A program made the position numbers and the translations under genes. Below are positions 19,823 through 30,889 of a stretch of 64,000 nt of DNA, piece after piece; positions within the stretch are counted from its first letter, which is position 1; every line of letters begins with the position of its first letter. The stretch comes from Candidatus Velthaea sp. (lineage in GTDB: Bacteria; Vulcanimicrobiota; Vulcanimicrobiia; Vulcanimicrobiales; Vulcanimicrobiaceae): positions 416,001 to 480,000 of the forward strand of contig CBDCCS010000022.1 of the NCBI GenBank assembly GCA_965214935.1, read 5' to 3'. The notes below the pieces were generated by a model, which worked only from the letters and a program-made list of their open reading frames with translations, had not been told where the DNA came from and searched no databases.

Positions 19823-20895
19823 ATCAAACCGTGGTAGCGAACGGCACAACGATGACCGGGGTGGTTCTGCCGGGTAACCGGCAGGTCGAATTTCGGACCC
19901 AAGCGCTGCCCGAGCCCGGCTATCGCCAAGTGCTTGTCGAGATGAAAGCGTCGAGTATCTGCGGCAGCGACATTCGCGCAATTTACCGCGAACATCTCGG
20001 AACCGGCGATGAAGCGTATCGCAACGTTATCGCCGGTCACGAGCCGTGCGGACAGGTCGTCGCCGTCGGACCGGGCTGCAAAGAATTTGTCGCCGGAGAC
20101 CGGGTCATTCTGTATCACATTAGCGGCTGCGGCGTCTGCGACGACTGCAAAGCCGGATACATGATCTCGTGCCATAACCCGGCACGGGCGGCGTACGGCT
20201 GGCAACGCGACGGCGGACACGCGCCGTATTTGTTAGCCGAAGAAAACACGCTCGTCCATTTGCCCGCTGCCTTAACGTATGTCGACGGCGCACTCATCGC
20301 GTGCGGTTTTGGTACGGCGTGGGAAGCGCTCACGCGTATGCGCGTCGACGGACGCGATCGCTTGCTCGTGACGGGTTTAGGGCCGGTCGGACTCGCGGCG
20401 GCGATGCTGGGACGGGCGCTCGGCGCACATTACGTGATCGGCGTGGATACGAGCGCCGAACGTTGCGCGCTGGCTCTCAAGCTCGGGCTCGTCGACGATG
20501 CACTCGCCAGCGACGATCGGACCTCGGCGAACATCAGCCGCTTGACCGGGGGTTTCGGCTGCGAGGCGAGCATCGATTGCTCGGGCGCGCCGGCTGCCCG
20601 CAAGATCGCGCTGGCCGGTACGCGCCGCTGGGGCCGCTGCGCGTTCGTCGGTGAAGGCGGGGACGTTCAATTCGACGTCTCGCCCATGCTCATTCACAAT
20701 CAAATAACGCTGTACGGTTCGTGGGTCACGTCGCTGCAGCACATGGCCGAACTTGCCGAGCGTCTAGCACGCTGGAACCTGCATCCCGAAATTACCGTCA
20801 CCCACCGGTTTAAACTCGAAGACGCCGCCGAAGCCTATCGCGTCGCCGACGGCGGCCAATCCGGCAAGGTGGTCATTACGATGGGCGACGACTAA
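19819..20895 (+). CDS. Zinc-dependent alcohol/sugar dehydrogenase (MDR family)
   Basis: [19 protein letters not shown]...C, GLGPVG. Confidence 0.9.
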   Translation: MNQTVVANGTTMTGVVLPGNRQVEFRTQALPEPGYRQVLVEMKASSICGSDIRAIYREHLGTGDEAYRNVIAGHEPCGQVVAVGPGCKEFVAGDRVILYHISGCGVCDDCKAGYMISCHNPARAAYGWQRDGGHAPYLLAEENTLVHLPAALTYVDGALIACGFGTAWEALTRMRVDGRDRLLVTGLGPVGLAAAMLGRALGAHYVIGVDTSAERCALALKLGLVDDALASDDRTSANISRLTGGFGCEASIDCSGAPAARKIALAGTRRWGRCAFVGEGGDVQFDVSPMLIHNQITLYGSWVTSLQHMAELAERLARWNLHPEITVTHRFKLEDAAEAYRVADGGQSGKVVITMGDD

Positions 20896-21998
20896 CCGGT
20901 AACGGCGAAGCGTGCGAGCGGCGCGATGCCGATCTCGCCGGCCATCGCGTCGAGATCTTCCCAAACTTTTGCGACGAGCGGGATGCCGTCGCGCCGGTAT
21001 TCATCCGTTCGTTCCGCTTCGATTTCGCCCGCGACATAGATTCGTTCGCAACCCGGTGCTTTCGCACTCGCCTTAAAATCGCGAAGTTCGCAATCCATGT
21101 CGCGCTTGAAGTCGGCAAGATCGCGCATTGCATCGATACGCATTGCACCGAACCAGTGACCGGTGATGCCGCCGGTTTGGCGCGGACCCTCTTCTTTACT
21201 GAGTTCGAGCCCGAACGCGCCGCCGGTCAGCACGCCGCAGAGAATTTCACTCAAAGCGCCGAGACCGTAGCCTTTGTGGCCACCGTTCTCGGTGCCGAAT
21301 CCGCCCAGCGGCAGCAACGCACCGCCGAAACGGGCTCTTGTCGGATCGTCGGTCGGATGACCGTCGCCGTCAACGGCCCAGCCCGGCTTAAGTTGCAAGC
21401 CTTTGCGCTCGTACACTTCGAGTTTACCGTAGGTCACCGTGGTCGTTGCAAAGTCGAACACGAACGGTCGTTCCTCGCCCGCCGGAATCGCATACGCGTA
21501 CGGGTTGGTGCCTTGCATCTTATCGCGCCCGAATGTCGGCGCTGCAAAGTGTGCGGAGTCGGTCGACGAGATGCCGATCATATCGTGCTCGAGCGCCAGC
21601 ATCGCATAATACCCGGCGATGCCGTAGTGGTTGGAGTTGCGCACGCCGCTGAACGCGATCCCGTGCTTTTGCGCAAGTTCGATCGCCTTGCGCATCGCGA
21701 CGATCGCCGCCGGATGCCCCAATCCGTTATCGGCATCGAGTAAAAACGACGTCGGCGTTTCGCGTACGACCTTATATGACGGCGCCCGGTTAATTGTGCC
21801 GAGCCGAATTCGGTCGACGTAAAACCAACGCAGCCGGGCAATGCCGTGCGACTCGATGCCGCGGATATCGGCAGCCAGCAAGACATCGGCAACATCGCGG
21901 CTCTGCCCGGCGTCGACGCCGACGGTGGTTAAAGCCAGCTCGATGTAAGCGCGTTCATCTGCTTCGCGCACGCGGGTTGTCGACGCCGTCATCGCCAT
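20892..21998 (-). CDS. Ldh_2 family oxidoreductase (malate/L-sulfolactate dehydrogenase-like)
   Basis: [33 protein letters not shown]; start uncertain (21992, 21998 or 22023). Confidence 0.88.
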   Translation of the reverse strand: MAMTASTTRVREADERAYIELALTTVGVDAGQSRDVADVLLAADIRGIESHGIARLRWFYVDRIRLGTINRAPSYKVVRETPTSFLLDADNGLGHPAAIVAMRKAIELAQKHGIAFSGVRNSNHYGIAGYYAMLALEHDMIGISSTDSAHFAAPTFGRDKMQGTNPYAYAIPAGEERPFVFDFATTTVTYGKLEVYERKGLQLKPGWAVDGDGHPTDDPTRARFGGALLPLGGFGTENGGHKGYGLGALSEILCGVLTGGAFGLELSKEEGPRQTGGITGHWFGAMRIDAMRDLADFKRDMDCELRDFKASAKAPGCERIYVAGEIEAERTDEYRRDGIPLVAKVWEDLDAMAGEIGIAPLARFAVTG

Positions 21999-22083
21999 GC
22001 GTATTAGATTGGGCAACGGCATGCGCGCTCCCCTAAAACGAGCGCCGGGGCAATGACGTCGATGATAAGCGTTCGAGTCGCGA

Positions 22084-23406
22084 CTACTGCGCGATACGCG
22101 CACGCTTTCGGCGCCGGAGCATCGTGACGGTGAGCGCAACGCATCCTGCGGCAATCGCTACGATCGTTGTAATGACGAGACCAACCACAACCACGCCACG
22201 CCGGGTGAGGAAGCTAAAGCCGCCTTCATCGACGCAATCGCGAAACGCCGTCGAAGTGAATTCCGTCGCTGCGCACCAGTAGGTCCGCCAATTCGGGCCG
22301 GTACTTTCATGCCATTGCGCTCCACCGGTATACAACGCCGCATAAATGTCGCGCAATGCCGGCTCGCGACTCAACCGGCGTTGCAGATTGATGAGCGCGG
22401 GAGCGGTGAATTCGCTCGCGCCCAGCGACGCCGAACCGCCGATGTCGCGCCAAACTCCGCGGCTAAGCGAATGTTCCTCGAAGTTACGCACGCGTCCATC
22501 GGCGGCAACGTCGGCAGTCAAGAACGATGGATTGTTGCCGAAGATCGGTGAAATTGCGGGCGATATGAGTAACGGAACCGGGGCGCCGGTTTCCGCACCG
22601 ACGACACGGTAGGCGAAGCGGTGAATGTGCGCGCTGATCACGAGCTCGACATGCCGAGCCGGATCTTCAATCAACTTCACGATCGCCTCACGCGGATCCG
22701 GCCGCAGAAACGGCACGATCGCCAAATGATGCGTGCGATAGATCGTCGACGACGCATCGATACCGGGCGGGATATGCATGACGAGCCAGCGTCGTTCGGA
22801 TTTCGACGGCGCTAAAGCGGCCGCGAGTTCGGTCAAACTTTCTGGTGTCGGGTCGCCGCGGCCGCACGGGTTGTGATAAAACGGCGACCAGTATGCGTTG
22901 TCGGTGACGATCGCGCGTACGCCGGTCAGCGGTAACCGCGCGGTGTAGAAACCGTCGCGCGCGAAGCTACGCAGAAAGTCGGGTGCGGCATTGTTGCGGT
23001 TGACGAGCGGCGCCCACGCATGCGCGACGGCGCGCAGAAATGCCGAGTTCGGTGCAACGGTGTAATCGCCGCAGCCGGCATCTTCGTTACCGAGTGCCAT
23101 CACGAATTGGGCGTGCGGAAAAACAGCATTAAAGCGGTGTGCAAGTTCGACCAACGTCGAAACAGCGTGATTGGGATGATAGCCGTGATCGAGAAAGTCG
23201 CCGGCCATGACGATGACGGGCGGGTGCGGCGCAACCCGGTGCATTTCGCGCAACGCCGATTCGAGCAGCGCAGTATTCGGGTCCGACCAGTAGCCCGACG
23301 GCCGCGGATCGTGCGAAGCTGGATTGAAGTGGACGTCGTTGACGAAAAGCCACGGATCGGCGGCCCGGGCCGCTACCGGCGCCGCCGGCAATGCCACCAT
23401 TATCAT
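22084..23406 (-). CDS. Secreted metallophosphoesterase (acid sphingomyelinase-like) with C-terminal TM anchor
   Basis: NDVH, AGDFLDH, LGNED, MHIPP, SAHIH; hydrophobic C-terminal helix followed by RRRKR. Confidence 0.72.
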   Translation of the reverse strand: MIMVALPAAPVAARAADPWLFVNDVHFNPASHDPRPSGYWSDPNTALLESALREMHRVAPHPPVIVMAGDFLDHGYHPNHAVSTLVELAHRFNAVFPHAQFVMALGNEDAGCGDYTVAPNSAFLRAVAHAWAPLVNRNNAAPDFLRSFARDGFYTARLPLTGVRAIVTDNAYWSPFYHNPCGRGDPTPESLTELAAALAPSKSERRWLVMHIPPGIDASSTIYRTHHLAIVPFLRPDPREAIVKLIEDPARHVELVISAHIHRFAYRVVGAETGAPVPLLISPAISPIFGNNPSFLTADVAADGRVRNFEEHSLSRGVWRDIGGSASLGASEFTAPALINLQRRLSREPALRDIYAALYTGGAQWHESTGPNWRTYWCAATEFTSTAFRDCVDEGGFSFLTRRGVVVVGLVITTIVAIAAGCVALTVTMLRRRKRARIAQ

Positions 23407-23434
23407 GGCGACAAGCCAGCGGCAGATACGGCTG

Positions 23435-24880
23435 TTAATGCGGTGCGTAGATATCCGTCGCGTACACGGCCGGAACGTTTACCGCCGGAATCGACGTGCC
23501 GAACGCTGCGTTGAGCGTGGCGATGAAGATATCGGCGATCGTCGCGTAACCGGTATTCGACGGATGGATACCATCGAGACTGTAAAAACCTTGCCCGTAG
23601 CCGAAGCCGCAACAATGCGCGGACAGCGCAACGCCGCCGGCCGCATACGACGCAGCGATCGGCGTATGCACGTCGACGAGTACCGCGCCGGTCGCAGTTA
23701 CCGCCGAAGCGATTGCTGCATTATACGCACTATTGAGCTGCACCAACGTGACGGCCACGTTATCCGAAATAAAATCACCCGCCGAAAGAACCGGCGGCTG
23801 TCCACGCGCAGCGGCGGTCAACGCCTTGCCTAAGCCGCTTACCGTCAAATACCCGCCCGGGCCTAAGCCGTACGTTGCATCGATGACGGCGGCGAGCTGC
23901 GCCCCGGCAACGGCCGCCGCCGCCGGCCCAACGACGGGCGTTAAGCGCGCGGTAAATACGGCCGGCAGCGTCGGCTGTGGAATGAAGAACGCCGAGTGAA
24001 TGATGTCGACGAGATTCGCAACGGCGACTTTCGCGCCGGAAGCTTGCAGCGCGCGAACGATCGCGATCATGTCGACGCGCATCGCCGCCGGATCGGTCGG
24101 CGGCAAGGTGCCGTTCGAGAACGCGTACTTAAAGACGTCGTTGGACCCGAGCCACACCGTGGCGATCGACCCATGCAGACCGGCCGCCGCCGAAATTTGT
24201 GTCGTCGCCGCGCCGAAATTGCCGAGTACCGGATAGAAGTCGCCGCTTTCGCTATTGACGATATTGGCTAAACCGCCGAGCGGTCCGGCGTTGACCGGAA
24301 CGCCGCACGCGGTTTCCGGCGCAATCTGGTAGAGCGCCTCGTGCACGGTTTGTCCCGGAATCGCAACATCGAAGGGGAGCGTCGCGGCGTTGAGCCGCGT
24401 GCCCAGCGCCGTCGAGTACGTCGATGCAATCGCGTTGGCGCCGCCGCAAGCCGTCGAGATGCTCGTTAAATCGCCGAGCGGATCGGCCGGCACCAGCACT
24501 TGACCCAGTCCCGGCGGTGCAATGAGGGGCAGCGGCGACGTTGCCGGATTGTCGACCGGCAAACCGTTGGCTTGCGACCACAGCAGCGCCCAAAAGCCGT
24601 GCGTCTGCGTCGCTTGCACGATCGGAAATGGTGAGCCGGCAGCCGACCCGGTGTCGTATGGATTCGGGCGGACGTCGGCACCCATCAAGCCGCCGGACTG
24701 AACGCCTGCGGTCAGGCTGTCGCCGACGCCGACAAGCTTCAAGACCGGGGCGGCGACCGCCGTGCCGCTGACCGCGACCGCCGCGCTGCCCAGCGGCGGG
24801 ATCGAACGTGCACCGCCGCCACCGCCCGAACAAGCCGCCAGCGCAAAAACGGCGGTAAGGCCAACGCTGCGGTACATCAT
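23435..24880 (-). CDS. SGNH/GDSL hydrolase lipoprotein
   Basis: Lipobox LAAC; GDSLTAG, WLGSND, DGIHP. Confidence 0.85.
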   Translation of the reverse strand: MMYRSVGLTAVFALAACSGGGGGARSIPPLGSAAVAVSGTAVAAPVLKLVGVGDSLTAGVQSGGLMGADVRPNPYDTGSAAGSPFPIVQATQTHGFWALLWSQANGLPVDNPATSPLPLIAPPGLGQVLVPADPLGDLTSISTACGGANAIASTYSTALGTRLNAATLPFDVAIPGQTVHEALYQIAPETACGVPVNAGPLGGLANIVNSESGDFYPVLGNFGAATTQISAAAGLHGSIATVWLGSNDVFKYAFSNGTLPPTDPAAMRVDMIAIVRALQASGAKVAVANLVDIIHSAFFIPQPTLPAVFTARLTPVVGPAAAAVAGAQLAAVIDATYGLGPGGYLTVSGLGKALTAAARGQPPVLSAGDFISDNVAVTLVQLNSAYNAAIASAVTATGAVLVDVHTPIAASYAAGGVALSAHCCGFGYGQGFYSLDGIHPSNTGYATIADIFIATLNAAFGTSIPAVNVPAVYATDIYAPH

Positions 24881-25977
24881 AGCGGAATCACCGTAGGGCT
24901 ACCCAGACCGAATTGAATTTGCACTTGGGCGGCGTGCAAACCGCCGACGGCGGGCGCCGTCTGCGCGCATTGACCGTTGAGCGCGATCTGTTGGCACGTG
25001 ACCGATTCGATACCGGGCACCGGCCGGTTCGACGCGCCGCCGGTCGATCCAAGAAATTGCACGAATGTTTGTTTCGTAAACCGATGCGCCAAGCCGAAGA
25101 GTAAGGTCGGGACGTGCTCGGGGTCCGGGTCGATGGCGAAGTACTGAACGAGCCGCGACGGTTGAACGAATACCGTAGTCGAGCGGCTCAAGCGATACTC
25201 GAGGTAGAGCAACTCGAAGATCTGCGCGTGATTGGGCGCCGCATTCGCGCCGTTCAAATTGACGTTCCATTGAGCCGCCGCCGTCAGCGTTCCGAAGAAC
25301 CGCGGCGAAGCGACGAACGGCAGCGTGAGCGGGAGCAGATATTCTTGCGATGAACGCAGATGGACCGTCTGCGGGAAGCCGTTTATCTCGACGAGTTGCG
25401 TGTCGCCGTGGCCGCCGACATTCGCCGTTCGCGCTAAATACGTGGGCGAGATGATGATCGGGAATTTTCCGCCGATCAAGAACAAATTCTGCGAGACGAG
25501 CGTGAGGATCTTGTTCTTCGTTGCAACGTCGGTCGGCTGGCCGGTTAAATTGGTGACTCCGACGGGCGATGAGAGGCCCTGGAGATAGACCGGCACCGTT
25601 CCGGTATTGAAGCTGAACGGATACTCTTGAAACTCGTAATAACCGGCTTGCACGCGGTGATAGCGGTTGAAGCCGTAGCCCGCGACGGCATCGATCCCGC
25701 CCGGAAGATTCGCACTCGAACCGGTTTGACCGTATGGAAATGCGATCGTCGTATCGACCGTATACGTGAGCCCGGTCGGCAGCCCCGGTGCGCTTAACGG
25801 CGGTTTGCGCGTCCCGACCGGCACGGCTTGAGCCAAAATGTCGCGCAAGACCGAATCGGCCGGCATTACCAGCGCTGAATTAACCGCGGCGGTCTGCGCG
25901 TCGGCGGCTCCGACGGCGGCCGGGACGAACGAACCAATCAACGCACAGAGTACTGCAGCGAGCGGTGGACATCTCAT
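24877..25977 (-). CDS. Secreted, putative outer-membrane beta-rich protein
   Basis: Signal peptide; alternating amphipathic beta-strand pattern; coupled to the SGNH gene. Confidence 0.6.
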   Translation of the reverse strand: MRCPPLAAVLCALIGSFVPAAVGAADAQTAAVNSALVMPADSVLRDILAQAVPVGTRKPPLSAPGLPTGLTYTVDTTIAFPYGQTGSSANLPGGIDAVAGYGFNRYHRVQAGYYEFQEYPFSFNTGTVPVYLQGLSSPVGVTNLTGQPTDVATKNKILTLVSQNLFLIGGKFPIIISPTYLARTANVGGHGDTQLVEINGFPQTVHLRSSQEYLLPLTLPFVASPRFFGTLTAAAQWNVNLNGANAAPNHAQIFELLYLEYRLSRSTTVFVQPSRLVQYFAIDPDPEHVPTLLFGLAHRFTKQTFVQFLGSTGGASNRPVPGIESVTCQQIALNGQCAQTAPAVGGLHAAQVQIQFGLGSPTVIPL

Positions 25978-26036
25978 CGCGTCGCCTTTAGCCGCTGTGG
26001 AAAGAACATTCCTACCTCACGCATAATGATTCATCG

Positions 26037-27833
26037 ATGACCGTACCGTCGCAGACGTTGCTGGGCTTAACGGCACAAGCGCTCGGCGGCCCAAACCGTG
26101 TGTTGTTCGCCGAACGCGATGCCGGTGGCGAATGGCGCATGCTCGGCACGCGAGCGTTTTTGGAGCGCGTGCACCGCGCCGCACTCGGATTGTCGATTGC
26201 GGGGATTCGCGCCGGCGACCGGGTCGCCATCATGGCACCGAACCGTCTGGATTGGATCGTTGCCAATCTCGCGATTCTCCATGCCGGCGCCGTCAGCGTG
26301 CCGCTCTATGCCACCCAAGCACACGACATCGTCAAGCACATCATGGACGATAGCGGTGCCGCCGCAATCTTCGTCGACACGCCGCAACGGCGCGCGGCGC
26401 TCGTAGCATCCGGCATTATCGCGCCGCTTTTTATAAGCTTTGATGCGGCGGCGAGCGAAGCGGGGTTCGCCGACCTTGCCGCACTCGAATGCGCCGGACG
26501 GGACGCAGCGCAAGCCGACCCGGCCGCCATCGAACGTCTCGGCACGGGCGTAACGAGCGACGATCTGGCGATGCTCATTTACACGTCCGGAACGACCGGC
26601 CGGCCCAAGGGCGTCATGCTTACGCATCGCAACATCGCCTCGAATGCCGTGGATGCCTTTGCACGCGTCGCCGATGTCGTAGCACGCGGCGATGCCGTGT
26701 TGTCGATCTTGCCGTTCGCGCATATCTACGAAAGCACGAATCTCTACGGTTACTACCTCTTGGGTTGCGTCATCTATCTTAACGCGCGCGTTGAGGCGTT
26801 GCTCGACGATCTCCGAACGGTTCGTCCGGTCATGATGCTCGCCGTACCGCGCATCTTCGAGCGCGTCCTCGTGCAGATAATCGTTAAAGCAACAAGCGCC
26901 GGCGGCGTCCGGGCGCTGCTGGTGCCGTGGGCGCTGAAAACCGGCCGCAACTACATGCAGGCAAAGACGTCGGGGCACGCGATCGGCATTTCATTATCTG
27001 CGCGCTATGCGTTGGCACGCGCACTTGCACTCAGCAAAATACGGCCGTTGCTGGGTCTGCAAAATATTAAAGTGTGCGGCAGCGGCAGCGCGCGATTGCA
27101 TCCCGATACGAGCCTCGCCTTTATGAGTTTCGGCGTGCGCATCAGCGAAGGGTACGGACTCACCGAGTGTTCTCCGGTCGTGACGGTAAACGAACCGCTG
27201 CAACCGCACGTCGGAAGCGTCGGCACCGCAATTGCCAACGTCGACTTGCAGTTGGCAGCCGACGGTGAACTGCTCGTGCGCGGGCCGGGGGTCATGAAAG
27301 GATATTACCGCGATGCGCCGGCGACCGAACGCGCGCTGGCCGGCGGGTGGCTGCATACCGGCGACATCGCCGAGATCGCCGCCGACGGCTGCGTGCGCAT
27401 TATCGACCGCAAAAACGAGCTTTTTAAAACGTCCGGCGGTAAATTTATCGCTCCGGCGCGCATCGAGTCGGCACTTTTGCGTTCGCTGTATTTTAATTTC
27501 GTTATGGTTTTCGGCGCCGGTCGTGCGCACCCCGTGGCGCTGATCGCGCCGAACTGGAACACGTTGCGCGACAAACTGCAATTAGGCGAAACGGCCGGGC
27601 CCGCCGAACTCGGCCGCCGCTCCGAAGTCCGCGAATTTCTGAGTACCGAAGCGCACCTGCAAACCAGCGATCTCGCACCGTTCGAGCAAATCCGGACGAT
27701 CGCGCTGTTACCGCGCGACCTCAGCATTGAAGACGGCGAGCTGTCTCCGACGCTCAAGATCAAGCGCCGCGTGGTCGAAGCGCGCTACGGCGGACTGATC
27801 GAAGCGCAAACGCAAGCGCCTGTTTTCGCCTAA
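26037..27833 (+). CDS. Long-chain fatty acid--CoA ligase
   Basis: YTSGTTGRPKG, EGYGLTE, LHTGD, DRKNELFKTSGGKFIAP. Confidence 0.92.
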   Translation: MTVPSQTLLGLTAQALGGPNRVLFAERDAGGEWRMLGTRAFLERVHRAALGLSIAGIRAGDRVAIMAPNRLDWIVANLAILHAGAVSVPLYATQAHDIVKHIMDDSGAAAIFVDTPQRRAALVASGIIAPLFISFDAAASEAGFADLAALECAGRDAAQADPAAIERLGTGVTSDDLAMLIYTSGTTGRPKGVMLTHRNIASNAVDAFARVADVVARGDAVLSILPFAHIYESTNLYGYYLLGCVIYLNARVEALLDDLRTVRPVMMLAVPRIFERVLVQIIVKATSAGGVRALLVPWALKTGRNYMQAKTSGHAIGISLSARYALARALALSKIRPLLGLQNIKVCGSGSARLHPDTSLAFMSFGVRISEGYGLTECSPVVTVNEPLQPHVGSVGTAIANVDLQLAADGELLVRGPGVMKGYYRDAPATERALAGGWLHTGDIAEIAADGCVRIIDRKNELFKTSGGKFIAPARIESALLRSLYFNFVMVFGAGRAHPVALIAPNWNTLRDKLQLGETAGPAELGRRSEVREFLSTEAHLQTSDLAPFEQIRTIALLPRDLSIEDGELSPTLKIKRRVVEARYGGLIEAQTQAPVFA

Positions 27834-29456
27834 TTGATTCAAACGCTGCCCGGGCTCATGATGGACGTCCCGTTGACGATCACGGGCATTCTCGAACACG
27901 CCGCACATAATTACCCGCAGCGCGAGATCGTATCGCGCGACGGCGCAGATTTTGCGCGACTGACGTACGAGCGATTCGCGTCGCGGGTGGCACAACTCGC
28001 ACATGCGCTGGGGCGGCTGGGCATTTGCGGCGCCGACCGGGTGGCCAGCTTCGGCTGGAATACGCACCGGCATCTCGAGCTCTATTATGGCGTTCCGTGT
28101 ATCGGTGCCGTACTGCACACCGTCAACATCCGGCTTTTTCCGGAACAAGTCGGCGACGCGATCGAACACGCCGGCGATCGGATCATCTTCGTCGACGGTA
28201 ATCTTGTCCCGGTCATGCAGAAGGCGATTGAAGCGCGTCCGCATTTGGCGCAGCTCACGTTCGTCATCATGGGTGAAAGCGCGCAGACCTTGCCCGACGC
28301 GCACGACTACGAGACGTTGCTCGCGGGCGAACCGGCGGTTTACGAGTATCCGGCGCTGCCTGAAAGCGCCGCGGCAGTGCTGTGTTACACTTCAGCGACG
28401 ACGGGCGAACCCAAAGGTGCGTTATTTTCACACCGGTCGCAAGTGCTGCATGCGTACGCGACGGGTTTGTGCGATTCGCTGGCACTCTCACAGCGCGATA
28501 CGGTGTTGCCGATCGTGCCGCAATTTCACGTCAACGCCTGGGGTCTGCCGTATCTCGCGCCGCTCGTCGGTGCCAAGATCGTCATGCCCGGAGCGCAGCT
28601 CGATCCGTCCAGCCTTTGCAATCTCATCGAAGCGGAAGCGGTGACGTTGTGCGCCGGCGTGCCGACCGTCTGGCTTGCGATTCGCGATTATTTACAAGCG
28701 ACGGGACGCGAACTTCCGACACTGCGCCGGATCGTGATCGGCGGTTCGGCGGTGCCGCCGAAACTTTTCGACGACCTCGAAGCGCTCGGTTATAGCGTCT
28801 GCCATGCCTGGGGCATGACCGAAATGAGCCCGGTCGGCACGGTCTCGTTCGTGAAAGGTGAGTTGAACGACCGCACGCCCGCGGAGCGCCGGCTCAAACG
28901 CCTCAAGCAGGGCACATTCTCGCCGCTCGTACAGTGGAAAGTCGTCGCCGACGACGGAAGCGCCGTCGCTGCCGACGGCAACGCGCGCGGCGAACTGTAC
29001 GTTCGCGGCCCGGCCGTTGCAGCGTCGTATTACCGCAACGGCGCCTCCGGTGACGGCGCCTTTACGAACGGCTGGTTCAAAACCGGCGACATCGTGACGG
29101 TCGATCGCGACGGTTATATGGAGATCGTCGATCGCTCGAAAGACATGGTCAAGTCGGGCGGCGAGTGGATCAGTTCGGTCGAACTCGAGAATACGCTCAT
29201 GGGTCATCCGGCGATTAAGGAAGCTTGCGTCTTCGGACTGCCGCATGCCAAGTGGATCGAACGCCCCGTAGCCGCCGTCGTGTTGCGCGACGACGCGCAC
29301 ACCGACGAAGCTGCGATCCGCGCCTGGCTGGCGTCTCGCGTCGCAAAGTGGTGGCTGCCGGACCGGGTGCTATTCGTTGATACCATTCCGCGAACGAGCG
29401 TCGGCAAATTCCTCAAGCGCGAGTTGCGCGAGCGTTTTGCCGATCTGTTGCAATAG
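27834..29456 (+). CDS. Medium/long-chain fatty acid--CoA ligase (AlkK/DmdB-like)
   Basis: YTSATTGEPKG, FHVNAWG, AWGMTEMSP, KSGGEWISS, GKFLK. Confidence 0.9.
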   Translation: MIQTLPGLMMDVPLTITGILEHAAHNYPQREIVSRDGADFARLTYERFASRVAQLAHALGRLGICGADRVASFGWNTHRHLELYYGVPCIGAVLHTVNIRLFPEQVGDAIEHAGDRIIFVDGNLVPVMQKAIEARPHLAQLTFVIMGESAQTLPDAHDYETLLAGEPAVYEYPALPESAAAVLCYTSATTGEPKGALFSHRSQVLHAYATGLCDSLALSQRDTVLPIVPQFHVNAWGLPYLAPLVGAKIVMPGAQLDPSSLCNLIEAEAVTLCAGVPTVWLAIRDYLQATGRELPTLRRIVIGGSAVPPKLFDDLEALGYSVCHAWGMTEMSPVGTVSFVKGELNDRTPAERRLKRLKQGTFSPLVQWKVVADDGSAVAADGNARGELYVRGPAVAASYYRNGASGDGAFTNGWFKTGDIVTVDRDGYMEIVDRSKDMVKSGGEWISSVELENTLMGHPAIKEACVFGLPHAKWIERPVAAVVLRDDAHTDEAAIRAWLASRVAKWWLPDRVLFVDTIPRTSVGKFLKRELRERFADLLQ

Positions 29457-30249
29457 TCTCACAACGCTCGATAAGCCGCTGCAGAGCCGCCGTGGTAATC
29501 TCCGGCGCCTCGATCATCGGCAGATGGGCAACGCCCTCGATTCGGACGAATTCGCAATCTGCGATTTGCCCCGCGATCGTCTCGAGCATGCCGGGCGGAA
29601 CGAGCGAATCGCTGCCGCCGCCGACGATCAACGCCGGAACCGCTATATCTTCGAGCAGGTCCGACGAGTCGACCCGTTCCTTCATACCGATAATTTGTGC
29701 GCCGGCTCCCAGCGGGTTTTGCCGGGCGACGATGCCTTGCAACCGAGCGACCACTGCCGGATGAGCGGCGTGGAATGCCGGAGCGACAGCCGCGGAAACG
29801 ATCGGTCCGGCCAGGGCGGCCATGCCGCGAGCGTCGACGACGGCGGCCAGCCGGTCGCGTTCGAGGGCTCGGCCCGGCGTATCGGCGCCAACGTGGCTTG
29901 CGATGAGGGCAAGGCCGGCGACGCGCTCGGCGTACATCCGAAAAAAGGCCAGCCCGACATAGCCGCCCATTGAATGACCGGCAACGATCGCATGGCCCAG
30001 ATCAAGCGCGTCGAGCAACCCGAACACGTCTCCCGCCAGCGTTTCCATGAGTGCCGGACCGTCGCCGCACGCCGACTCGCCGCTGCCGCGCAAATCGATT
30101 CGCACGATCCGCGCGAGCCTGGCAAGCGGTGCGAGGACTTCGTCCCAAATCGTGCGGTCGAAGGGGAAGCCGTGCAAGAGTACCAGGGCCGTCGCGCCGG
30201 CTCCGACGTCATCGTATGCTAAGCGGACGCCGTCAATGGTCTTATGCAT
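29413..30249 (-). CDS. Alpha/beta hydrolase
   Basis: LLHGFP, DLRGSG, GHSMGG nucleophile motif, C-terminal AHLP. Confidence 0.9.
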   Translation of the reverse strand: MHKTIDGVRLAYDDVGAGATALVLLHGFPFDRTIWDEVLAPLARLARIVRIDLRGSGESACGDGPALMETLAGDVFGLLDALDLGHAIVAGHSMGGYVGLAFFRMYAERVAGLALIASHVGADTPGRALERDRLAAVVDARGMAALAGPIVSAAVAPAFHAAHPAVVARLQGIVARQNPLGAGAQIIGMKERVDSSDLLEDIAVPALIVGGGSDSLVPPGMLETIAGQIADCEFVRIEGVAHLPMIEAPEITTAALQRLIERCETIATDRQNARATRA

Positions 30250-30343
30250 CTAACGTTTTCCCGGCTGCGCCGCTACCGCCCGCTCATCCGAACCATACGA
30301 TCGAGCGTTGTCCTGGGTAGAACAACTTCGTGGAGAAAGAACG

Positions 30344-30889
30344 TTGAAATCGCTTTTTGGAGCGCTGATTGTCGCGCTACTGCTTTCCGCCCCGGCAGCG
30401 GCGGGCTGGAAAGGTCCGACGATGTATCCCGGTACGCCGGATCTCGCCGTGACCGCCGAAATGGTTGCAGCCGGCGGCGGCGCGGCGCACTTCGACTCAA
30501 AAAAACTTGTCGGCGTCATGGCCGGTAAAAATGCACCGGCCGCGCTCGCTTATCTGACGCACACGTACGGCGCAAAAAATGTCGATGCTTTTTTCCGGAC
30601 GTTCACGTACGCCGTCGACGATTCACTGAAGTATGCGACGCAAAAAGGTATCAGCTTACCGTCCGAGCGGGTCCCGTCAGGCTCGGTCCTAACGCAGCAT
30701 CTCTACACCGCCGGGACACTGCCGAACGGACAGTACGACGTCGGGTACATGCTCGAGCGGCTCGTGTCGCATCCGATCCATATGTACGTGATGTGGGATA
30801 TCAACAAGCAACCGGATCTGGGCAGAAAGACCGACGAAACATTTCACATCATTCTCACCGATGCAATGCATAAACTCAGCGGTAAGTAA
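30344..30889 (+). CDS. Secreted hypothetical protein
   Basis: GGAG RBS before TTG 30344; signal peptide KSLFGALIVALLLSAPAAA. Confidence 0.65.
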   Translation: MKSLFGALIVALLLSAPAAAGWKGPTMYPGTPDLAVTAEMVAAGGGAAHFDSKKLVGVMAGKNAPAALAYLTHTYGAKNVDAFFRTFTYAVDDSLKYATQKGISLPSERVPSGSVLTQHLYTAGTLPNGQYDVGYMLERLVSHPIHMYVMWDINKQPDLGRKTDETFHIILTDAMHKLSGK

